From Methanosphaera stadtmanae DSM 3091 (GTDB lineage Archaea > Methanobacteriota > Methanobacteria > Methanobacteriales > Methanobacteriaceae), in NCBI RefSeq assembly GCF_000012545.1, contig NC_007681.1, positions 360,001-392,000 of the forward strand: 32,000 nt of DNA, written 5' to 3'. Position numbers and translations under genes: made by a program. Each line of letters starts with the position of its first letter. Position 1 is the stretch's first letter. Below, piece by piece: positions 19,725 through 27,075 of this stretch. Under the pieces are notes generated by a model. It saw only the letters and a list, made by a program, of their open reading frames with translations, was not told the origin of the DNA and did no database searches.

Positions 19725-21382
19725 TGGATAATGAGAAAAAATTATTCTTAAAGGCTTTAAAAGAAAAATTCGATGAAGACCCTGAAGAAGAAAACACTAA
19801 ATTTTACTGCTATGGTGGATGGGAACAATCCGCAAGAAAAAGAGAATTTGCTGAAGAAGCTGAAAAAGCTGTAGAAGCACGTGGAGGATTACCATTCTAC
19901 AACCCAGATATAGGTGTACCTCTTGGACAAAGAAAATTAATGGCATACCAAGTATCTGGAACAGACACATATGTAGAAGGAGACGACCTTCACTTCTGTA
20001 ACAACTCTGCAATTCAACAATTAGTAGACGATATTAAAAGAACTGTAATTGTAGGTATGGATACAGCTCACGGTGTACTTGAACAAAGATTAGGTGTAGA
20101 AGTTACTCCTGAAACAATCAACGAATACCTTGAAACAATCAACCACGCACTCCCTGGAGGAGCAGTTGTACAAGAACACATGGTAGAAGTTGACCCTGGA
20201 TTAGTAACTGATTCCTACGCAAAAATATTCACTGGTGACGACGACTTATTAGATCAATTAGATCAAAGATTTGTAATCGACATCAACAAAGAGTTCCCTG
20301 AAGAACAAGCTGAAATGCTCAAAAAATACATAGGTAAAAAAACCTACCAAGTAAGTAGAGTACCTACATTAGTAGTACGTGCTTGTGATGGAGGTACAAC
20401 CTCCAGATGGTCTGCTATGCAAATTGGTATGAGTTTCATTTCTGCATACAAATTATGTGCAGGAGAAGCAGCTATTGCTGATTTCTCATACGCAGCAAAA
20501 CACGCAGATGTAATTTCCATGGCTAGTGCAATGCCATCAAGAAGAGCAAGAGGTCCAAACGAACCTGGAGGTGTAACCTTCGGTGCATTCTCTGATATGG
20601 TACAAACAAGCAGAGTAACAGATGACCCAGCTGAAGTAACTTTAGAAGTTATTGGTGGAGCAGCACCATTATACGACCAAGTATGGTTAGGTTCATACAT
20701 GTCTGGTGGTGTAGGATTCACACAATATGCTACAGCAGCATACACAGATGAAATATTAGATGACTTCATTTACTATGGTAAAGACTACGTAGAAGGTAAA
20801 TATGGTGGATTATGTCAAGCTGAAGCAACTTCCGAAGTTGTAAAAGACATTGCAAGTGAAGTAACCTTATACGGATTAGAACAATACGAAATCCCTGCAG
20901 CATTAGAAGACCACTTTGGTGGATCACAAAGAGCAGCAGTTCTTGCAGCAGGTGCAGGTTGTTCAGTAGCATTCGCAACTGCTAACTCTAACGCAGGTGT
21001 AAATGGATGGTACTTAAGTCAATTATTACATAAAGAAGGTCACAGTAGATTAGGATTCTATGGTTACGACTTACAAGATCAATGTGGATCATCCAACTCA
21101 CTCTCTGTAAGAAGTGATGAAGGACTTATTCACGAATTAAGAGGTCCTAACTACCCTAACTACGCAATGAACGTAGGTCACCAACCTGAATATGCAGGTA
21201 TTGCTCAAGCACCACACGCAGCAAGAGGAGACGCATTTGCACTTAACCCATTAATAAAAGTAGCATTTGCTGATAAAAACTTATCCTTCGATTGGGCTCA
21301 CCCAAGAGAATGTATTGCAAAAGGTGCTGTTAGAGAATTTATGCCTAGCGGTGAACGTGACTTAATCAACCCAGCTTTATAA
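19724..21382 (+). CDS. mrtA: Methyl-coenzyme M reductase alpha subunit
   Basis: 552 aa. The start overlaps the mrtG stop (TAATG). Hallmark segments are present: …[27 protein letters not shown]…, …[18 protein letters not shown]…, …FGGSQRAA…, …[18 protein letters not shown]…. Confidence 0.95.
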   Translation: MDNEKKLFLKALKEKFDEDPEEENTKFYCYGGWEQSARKREFAEEAEKAVEARGGLPFYNPDIGVPLGQRKLMAYQVSGTDTYVEGDDLHFCNNSAIQQLVDDIKRTVIVGMDTAHGVLEQRLGVEVTPETINEYLETINHALPGGAVVQEHMVEVDPGLVTDSYAKIFTGDDDLLDQLDQRFVIDINKEFPEEQAEMLKKYIGKKTYQVSRVPTLVVRACDGGTTSRWSAMQIGMSFISAYKLCAGEAAIADFSYAAKHADVISMASAMPSRRARGPNEPGGVTFGAFSDMVQTSRVTDDPAEVTLEVIGGAAPLYDQVWLGSYMSGGVGFTQYATAAYTDEILDDFIYYGKDYVEGKYGGLCQAEATSEVVKDIASEVTLYGLEQYEIPAALEDHFGGSQRAAVLAAGAGCSVAFATANSNAGVNGWYLSQLLHKEGHSRLGFYGYDLQDQCGSSNSLSVRSDEGLIHELRGPNYPNYAMNVGHQPEYAGIAQAPHAARGDAFALNPLIKVAFADKNLSFDWAHPRECIAKGAVREFMPSGERDLINPAL

Positions 21383-21455
21383 GTTAGTTGATTTTGTTGA
21401 TAAATATAGGGTTTAGTTTATATAATATGTTGTACATAAATATAGACTGGAGTTT

Positions 21456-21600
21456 TCCAAGTAAAAAAATATAAAAGTATTATATATATTAAATAATAAT
21501 TTAGAGTGACCATGAGCAAGGTACGACCTGTATTACCTGGGTAAACAAGGTACGATCTGCATCATGTCATAGTAAAATTATTATGTACTTTTTTACTGGA
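21456..21600 (+). other. Long imperfect inverted repeat enclosing a GC-enriched core with a 14-nt direct repeat. Candidate mrt terminator structure or small structured RNA.
   Basis: The outer arms are tccaagtaaaaaa (21456-21468) and ttttttactgga (21589-21600). The inner arms are ataataattt (21492-21501) and aaattattat (21574-21583). The core at 21503-21575 contains CAAGGTACGACCTG and CAAGGTACGATCTG and is much more GC-rich than its surroundings. Confidence 0.3.
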
Positions 21601-21881
21601 AATAAATTACGGGACTTTCTTACTTAGAAAACTAATCCTTATATTTATTTCCTTTCTTTTATTCTTTTTAAAATTACTAAATTTTTAACTTATCTTGTAA
21701 ACTATTTTTTTATAATATTTTTAATTATCTAATTTAAGCATGTTTTTATCATATGATAATTATTTTTTTATTTAATTTTAAGAATTTTTTTTTGAAGGAT
21801 AATATTAGTTAAAGTAATATATTTTAAGAAAGATATCTTTTATTTACTTAATTATAAACAAATATTAAATGGTGATAAATA

Positions 21882-22544
21882 ATGGAATGTCCATTCTGTG
21901 GATTTGAAAATGAAAATGATGAATCTGTATGTAATTCATGTGGCAAAACCATGGATTTTCCACTAAATAACTCTAATATAGAAAATAGTCAACCAAAAGT
22001 AGATAAAAATAGAACTTCTATAGATAATAATAATCAACCAAATAACAAAGTAGATGTTCATTATTATCCAAATAACAATGAATATAACAATCAAAATCAG
22101 TATCAGAACAATCAAGGATATAACAATCAAAATCAGTATCAGAACAATCAAGGATATAACAATCAAAATCCTAACAACTACTCAAACAATCAAGGATATA
22201 ATAATCAAAATCCTAACAATTACCCAAACAATCAGGGATATAATAATCAAAATCCTAACAATTACCCCAACAATCAGGGATATAATAATCAGTATAATAG
22301 ACCATACAATACTAAAAGTAAGGGTATTGGTCTTCTATTAGGATTTTTAATTACTGGTGCTGGATTATGTTATGTGGATAAATGGGCAGATGGAATTGCA
22401 ATGTTCTTTTTATGTTGGATTTTAAATATAATAGGAGTTTTAACATTAGGTTTAGGATTTATTCCAGCAATAGCTTTATGGATTTATTCTTTAATAAAAA
22501 CTTCTGAGTATATTGATGCTTATAATGAGGGAAGACCATATTAA
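21882..22544 (+). CDS. Membrane protein with an N-terminal zinc ribbon, a Q/N/Y-rich tandem-repeat linker and a C-terminal two-helix (TM2-like) domain
   Basis: The protein starts MECPFCGFENENDESVCNSCGK (CxxC…CxxC). About 95 residues of N/Q/Y/G/P repeats follow (NNQGYNNQNQYQ, NNQGYNNQNPNNY[S/P]). The C-terminus has two hydrophobic helices (GIGLLLGFLITGAGLCYV, MFFLCWILNIIGVLTLGLGFIPAIALWIYSLI). Confidence 0.7.
   Translation: MECPFCGFENENDESVCNSCGKTMDFPLNNSNIENSQPKVDKNRTSIDNNNQPNNKVDVHYYPNNNEYNNQNQYQNNQGYNNQNQYQNNQGYNNQNPNNYSNNQGYNNQNPNNYPNNQGYNNQNPNNYPNNQGYNNQYNRPYNTKSKGIGLLLGFLITGAGLCYVDKWADGIAMFFLCWILNIIGVLTLGLGFIPAIALWIYSLIKTSEYIDAYNEGRPY
22075..22298 (+). repeat. In-frame coding tandem repeat (one 36-nt unit, then three 42-nt units, with partial units at both ends)
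   Basis: Units begin at 22107 (36 nt), 22143, 22185 and 22227 (42 nt each), with a partial unit from 22269. They differ by only a few substitutions (caagga/caggga, aacaat/aataat, actca/accca/acccc). Confidence 0.9.
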
Positions 22545-22560
22545 GAGTCTTCTTTTGTAC

Positions 22561-22577
22561 TTTTTTTATAAAAAAAT
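22561..22577. terminator. T7-AT-A8 tract between convergent genes (possible bidirectional oligo-T terminator)
   Basis: tttttttataaaaaaaa lies in the 52-nt gap between the stop of the Zn-ribbon/TM2 gene and the stop of pyrC. Archaeal terminators are oligo-T runs. Confidence 0.35.
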
Positions 22578-22596
22578 TAGATGGGAGATTATATTT

Positions 22597-23886
22597 TTAG
22601 TAGATGTATTTACTATCATATTTATACACATCATTATCTTGACTAATAATATTACCTCTATTGATTGTCATGATGTTACTACCAACATAGTCTCTATTTT
22701 CAAAGGGTGTATATTTAGCTTTGGTGTATGTGTTTTCTATACTTATTTTTCCTGTTTCTTTCATGTTTATTACTGTAATATCTGCGTCATAACCTTTTTT
22801 GATTTTACCTTTATTTGGTATGTTAAATATATTTGCAGGATTAGTACTTGTTAATTTTACTAGTTGTTCTAATGTTAATCTCTTATTATTTACTTCTGTT
22901 AATAATAATTTTAGGGCAGTTTCAAGTCCTGGAATTCCTGCAGCACTCTTCCATGTATCTTTTTCTTTTTCTTCAATTGTATGTGGTGCATGATCAGTAC
23001 CTATACTATCAAATTCATTTAAATTATCTATGGTTATGTTGTAGTTACTATCCCTTAGTGGTGGGTTTGTCTTAGCTTTAACTCCATATCTTTCATATGT
23101 TGTGTTATCTAGAAATATATGATGGGGTGTTGCTTCAATGGATATATTTAGTTTTTCTTTTGCTTCATGTATTAATTCTAATGTTTGCCTTGTACTTATA
23201 TGACACAAGTGTAGTTGTAGTTTGTATTTTTTTGCGAATTCAATTGCTCTGTTTACTGCAATTAATTCTGCAAGTGCACTTCTAGCATAACTATATGTGA
23301 TTGTTTTATTCTTATTTAATGGATTTTTCTTCATAGTTTTAATATTATAGTCAACTAATGTTTTATCTTCACAGTGTAGGGATAATGGTTTGTTTGTTTG
23401 ACTTACATAGTTAAACATTTCATCTAATTGTTTGTTTGTATATAAATCCATGAATATTTTATATGATGCAGGTTTTTCACTCATAATATCCATTACATCT
23501 TGTCGTGTTTTTACACCTGCATGTAATCCAAAGTCAACATATGATTTTTTTGTAGCAATGTTTCTTTTTTCTTGGAAAGCTTTTTTTGTATCTGTTGCAG
23601 GTAGTGTATTTGGCATGTCTATTATGGTGGTGTATCCCCCATGTGCTGCTGCTTGTGTTCCAGTGGTCCATGTTTCTTTTTGTGTCATACCTGGATCTCT
23701 TAGATGTACATGTGTATCAATTAATCCTGGAATAATTATATTTTCTTTTATATCACAGATGGTATCTGTTTCTTTTTCTGAAGGTAGTATTGTTTTTTTA
23801 ATATCTTTTATTATTCCATTTTCTATGATGATATTAACTATTTTATTATCTATTGTTTTACAGTTTTTTAGTACTAGATTACTCAT
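22597..23886 (-). CDS. pyrC: Dihydroorotase
   Basis: 429 aa, …PGLIDTHVHLRDPGMTQKETWTTGTQAAAHGGYTT… and …GTDHAPHT…, an amidohydrolase metal-binding pattern typical of PyrC. Confidence 0.88.
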   Translation of the reverse strand: MSNLVLKNCKTIDNKIVNIIIENGIIKDIKKTILPSEKETDTICDIKENIIIPGLIDTHVHLRDPGMTQKETWTTGTQAAAHGGYTTIIDMPNTLPATDTKKAFQEKRNIATKKSYVDFGLHAGVKTRQDVMDIMSEKPASYKIFMDLYTNKQLDEMFNYVSQTNKPLSLHCEDKTLVDYNIKTMKKNPLNKNKTITYSYARSALAELIAVNRAIEFAKKYKLQLHLCHISTRQTLELIHEAKEKLNISIEATPHHIFLDNTTYERYGVKAKTNPPLRDSNYNITIDNLNEFDSIGTDHAPHTIEEKEKDTWKSAAGIPGLETALKLLLTEVNNKRLTLEQLVKLTSTNPANIFNIPNKGKIKKGYDADITVINMKETGKISIENTYTKAKYTPFENRDYVGSNIMTINRGNIISQDNDVYKYDSKYIY

Positions 23887-24009
23887 CTTTTTTCACCTTC
23901 TATTTTCTTTATTTATGTTTTATTATACACTAATGTTTGTTTTTTTTTTAAACAAGTATATATTATAATAAACATATTTCTTTATTATATATTGTTGTAG
24001 GTTGATTTA

Positions 24010-25125
24010 ATGACTCTTGAAGATTATGTTGAATGTATTTTAGATAGGGATAGAAAAACATTTTATGATGATTTAGAATGTAGTGGTTTAGAAATTCTTA
24101 ATAATAAGAATAAAACTCCCATAATTGCAGATTTTACTGAATATTCTCCATTACATAATGGTCATTTATTTTGTATGAATGAAGCAAAAAAACAACATCC
24201 TGAATGTCTGTTTGTAGCTATTATTCCAGGTTTATTTGAACGTAATGGTAGAGGATTACCATATATATTACCTCGTAAAAAAAGAGCAGAGTTAGCTATT
24301 AGTTTAGGTGCAGACATTGCTATAGAAGGTCCTCCAATGGGAGTAATGGGTTCTGGACAGTATTCATTATGTTTAGCACTTCTATTTAAGGCATTAAATG
24401 CTGATTATATTCCTAGAGGATATATTAGTAATGACCCTAAATTTAAAATAATACTTGAATATATAAATAAAGGTAAGGGAGTAGCACCTAAACCATACAA
24501 GATAATTTCAATGGAAGATAAAAAGGTGTTACTTAATGGTAAGCTAAGTAATGATGACTATGTTATTGTTTCATTAGCCAAATCCTTAAGTAAAATTAAT
24601 TTTAATTATGAGAATAAATTTATTTTTATTCCTCGTTTAGAAAATGTTAGTGGTACTAGGATAAGAGAATGTATATCTAATAATGAATTTAATGATTTAT
24701 CAGATATGCTACCTAAAGAAACTATTAATATGATAGAAAAGGAAATCCAATTAAATCATGCTCCTTTACATGATTGTAGGTTAAATAAGCGATTAATATA
24801 CAATGCTAATCATTTATCAAGGGAAGATTTATCTAATTTAACTCTTATAGATAATAAAACTGTTAATAATATAATAAATAACAGACCATTTAGTAATGTT
24901 GATGAATTATTAGATAGTATTACTTTTGGATTTAGTAGTCATAGAAAACAAAGAATACTAAGTGTATTGGAGGTATGTATTTTTAAGGATGAAATACATA
25001 AATATATTAATAATTATCCACAAAAAATTAAAATTTTAGGATATAAAAATAAAGAAGTTCTAAATAAATTTAAAGTTAATTTGGAAAATAATTTAAAAGG
25101 AGAAAATGGAAAAGTATGCCAATAG
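24010..25125 (+). CDS. HIGH-motif nucleotidyltransferase-superfamily protein, resembling the UPF0348/DUF795 (TmcAL, tRNA-Met cytidine acetate ligase) family
   Basis: 371 aa. By eye, …IIADFTEYSPLHNGHLFCMNEAKKQHPECLFVAIIPGLFERNGRGLPYILPRKKRAELAISLGADIAIEGP… parallels the bacterial TmcAL N-terminus (…EYNPFHNGH…). The C-terminal part has an HhH-like segment (NRPFSNVDELLDSI). Confidence 0.45.
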   Translation: MTLEDYVECILDRDRKTFYDDLECSGLEILNNKNKTPIIADFTEYSPLHNGHLFCMNEAKKQHPECLFVAIIPGLFERNGRGLPYILPRKKRAELAISLGADIAIEGPPMGVMGSGQYSLCLALLFKALNADYIPRGYISNDPKFKIILEYINKGKGVAPKPYKIISMEDKKVLLNGKLSNDDYVIVSLAKSLSKINFNYENKFIFIPRLENVSGTRIRECISNNEFNDLSDMLPKETINMIEKEIQLNHAPLHDCRLNKRLIYNANHLSREDLSNLTLIDNKTVNNIINNRPFSNVDELLDSITFGFSSHRKQRILSVLEVCIFKDEIHKYINNYPQKIKILGYKNKEVLNKFKVNLENNLKGENGKVCQ

Positions 25126-25868
25126 ATGATAAAGATTTTGTAAAATTAAATTACACTGGAAAAGTTAAAGAAACTGGAGACGTATTTGATACAACATATG
25201 AAGATGTTGCTGAAGAAGCAGGTATCAAAAACGAAAACAAAGATTATCACCCAATGATTCTTGCAGTAGGATCTACTCAATTACTCTCAAAATTACATGA
25301 TGAAATTAAAAAAATGGATGTAGGAGAAAAACAAACAGTAGAAATCCCATGTGAAGAAGCATTTGGTAAAAGAGATCCAAGTTTAATTCAATTAATTCCA
25401 ATGAAAGAATTCAAAAAACAAAACATTAAACCATTTGTAGGCATGCCCTTATCATTAGATGGACAACATGGAATTGTAAGAACTGTAGATGGTGGAAGAG
25501 TAAGAGTAGATTTCAACCATGAATTAGCTGGTAAAGATATAATTTATGAAATTGAAATTGTAGATACAATTGATGATAATGTTGAAAAAATTAAAGGATT
25601 AATAGAAGTATACTATGGAAATCCTAACATTGACTTAGAAAAAACAGAAATTCTTATTGAAGATGGTGTAGCTAAAATCACATTAGATAAATTAGCAGGA
25701 TTCGAACAAAGATCTGCACAAGAAATAACATTATCTAAATTCAGAGTAGCAAGAGAAACATATGAAAACATCGATGAAATTGAAAAAGTTCAATTTATTG
25801 ATGAATATGAAAAACCTGAACCAGAAGAAGAATCTGAAGATGCTCCAGAAGTATTAGATGAAGAATAA
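25116..25868 (+). CDS. FKBP-type peptidyl-prolyl cis-trans isomerase (long archaeal type with insert and acidic tail)
   Basis: 250 aa, VKLNYTGKVKETGDVFDTT… and …VDFNHELAGKDIIYEIEIVD…, with an acidic C-terminus (EPEEESEDAPEVLDEE). The start overlaps the upstream ORF by 10 nt. Confidence 0.85.
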   Translation: MPIDDKDFVKLNYTGKVKETGDVFDTTYEDVAEEAGIKNENKDYHPMILAVGSTQLLSKLHDEIKKMDVGEKQTVEIPCEEAFGKRDPSLIQLIPMKEFKKQNIKPFVGMPLSLDGQHGIVRTVDGGRVRVDFNHELAGKDIIYEIEIVDTIDDNVEKIKGLIEVYYGNPNIDLEKTEILIEDGVAKITLDKLAGFEQRSAQEITLSKFRVARETYENIDEIEKVQFIDEYEKPEPEEESEDAPEVLDEE

Positions 25869-25903
25869 GTAATTAATTGGGATTTATTATCCCTAACTTT
25901 TTT

Positions 25904-26128
25904 TCATACTATTTTTGATGTAACTTCAATTACTTTTTCACATTGAATTAAATCTTCAATAGTATTTAAAACAGTACTTATTTTCTCATTTTCAATATAA
26001 CAAATTAATTTATTGTTTTCAACTTTTGATTCAATAAATCCTTCATTATCAGGATATAATGAGTTATATGCAATTTGAGCATTTTTATTATCTGAATATG
26101 TGAATGTTATCTTAGTTTTTACTTTCAT
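25904..26128 (-). CDS. pcc1: KEOPS complex subunit Pcc1-like protein
   Basis: 74 aa. The pattern MKVKTKITFTYSDNKNAQIAYNSLYPDN…KVENNKLICYIENEKISTVLNTIEDLIQCEKVIEV parallels archaeal Pcc1 (beta-beta-alpha layout and size), as recalled from memory. Confidence 0.5.
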   Translation of the reverse strand: MKVKTKITFTYSDNKNAQIAYNSLYPDNEGFIESKVENNKLICYIENEKISTVLNTIEDLIQCEKVIEVTSKIV

Positions 26129-26427
26129 ATAAATAGAACCTATATTTTTTTAGTATATAATTTATTTTATATTATTAAATATTTCATTGTATATGATTTA
26201 TAATTATTATGATAACTAAAACATACTAAATTAATAGTATTTATTAAATTAATTAACACTATTTTTATATAATATCTTTAACAAATCATAAATTAGTATA
26301 TTCGAATTCATGTTTTTCATGTAATTCAATAATTTTAAAGAATACTATTTATTGTATTATTAATGAATTTTTTTTAAATATTTTTTTTATAGAAAAAAAG
26401 TATTTATTTTTACAGGAGGAAAAATCA

Positions 26428-26913
26428 ATGGTTAGACCATACACAAGAAAAGATTATATTAGAAAAATCCCAGCATCAAAAATTGTACAGTATGATATGG
26501 GTAATTTATCTGGAGAATTTCCATTAGAAGTAACATTAGCAGTTAAAGAACACACACATTTATCACACAATTCTTTAGAAGCTGCAAGGATTGCTGCAAA
26601 CAGATATTTACAAAGAACAACTGGTAAATTAGGTTACAGATTAAAAATAAGAACATATCCTCACCACATAGTAAGAGAAAATCCTATGGCTACTGGTGCA
26701 GGGGCAGATAGGGTACAAAGTGGTATGAGAGGAGCATTTGGTAAAGCAGTAAGTTCAGAAGCTTTAGTACGTGCAAACCAAAAAATCATCACTGCATATG
26801 TTCAAGTAAAAGACTTTGAAAAAGCAAAAGTTGCACTTAACAGAGCAGCAATGAAATTACCAGTAACCTGTAAATTAGTAATTGATAAAGGACACGACCT
26901 TGTTCAATTCTAG
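26428..26913 (+). CDS. rpl10e: 50S ribosomal protein L10e (uL16)
   Basis: 161 aa, [26 protein letters not shown]… and …[24 protein letters not shown]…. Strong RBS (caggagg). Confidence 0.92.
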   Translation: MVRPYTRKDYIRKIPASKIVQYDMGNLSGEFPLEVTLAVKEHTHLSHNSLEAARIAANRYLQRTTGKLGYRLKIRTYPHHIVRENPMATGAGADRVQSGMRGAFGKAVSSEALVRANQKIITAYVQVKDFEKAKVALNRAAMKLPVTCKLVIDKGHDLVQF

Positions 26914-26921
26914 ATATAGGT

Positions 26922-27021
26922 TATGGTTATAAATTCATAAAAAGGATTCAATAATAGAATAAATAGTGGAATTTATATAACCACACTATGGTTAATTTTA
27001 ATCCTTTATATGGTTATAAAT
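26922..27021. repeat. Set of direct and inverted repeats in the rpl10e-ppsA spacer
   Basis: An exact 14-nt direct repeat TATGGTTATAAATT occurs at 26922-26935 and 27008-27021. Its near-complement AATTTATATAACCA lies at 26969-26982. AAAGGATT (26940-26947) is complementary to AATCCTTT (26999-27006). Confidence 0.6.
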
Positions 27022-27075
27022 TAAATTTCGAAGAAAAGTAATGGAATGAAATTAAATTAAAGAAGAGTGTTATAG

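Noticed and set aside
21503-21575. The GC-rich island downstream of mrtA might be a tRNA or other known RNA gene.
   Set aside because: No acceptor or T-arm (GTTCRANYC-like) pattern or cloverleaf can be drawn, and the length and pairing do not fit. It is kept only as an unclassified structured element.
22075-22298. The regular 36/42-nt repeats might be a CRISPR array.
   Set aside because: The units are contiguous with no unique spacers. They are in frame within an ORF and there are no cas genes, so this is a coding tandem repeat.
21963-22341. ORFs at 21963-22166 (-) and 22054-22341 (+) have highly repetitive I/T/K or I/L/V translations.
   Set aside because: They are alternative-frame readings of the coding tandem repeat. 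The frame with the zinc ribbon and TM helices (21882-22544) is the coherent one.
22513-23968. Plus-strand ORFs lie antisense to pyrC (22513-22854, 22799-22993, 22848-23075, 23097-23285, 23432-23968, the last 178 aa).
   Set aside because: All overlap the dihydroorotase gene, which has clear metal-binding motifs. The antisense translations are hydrophobic low-complexity artefacts.
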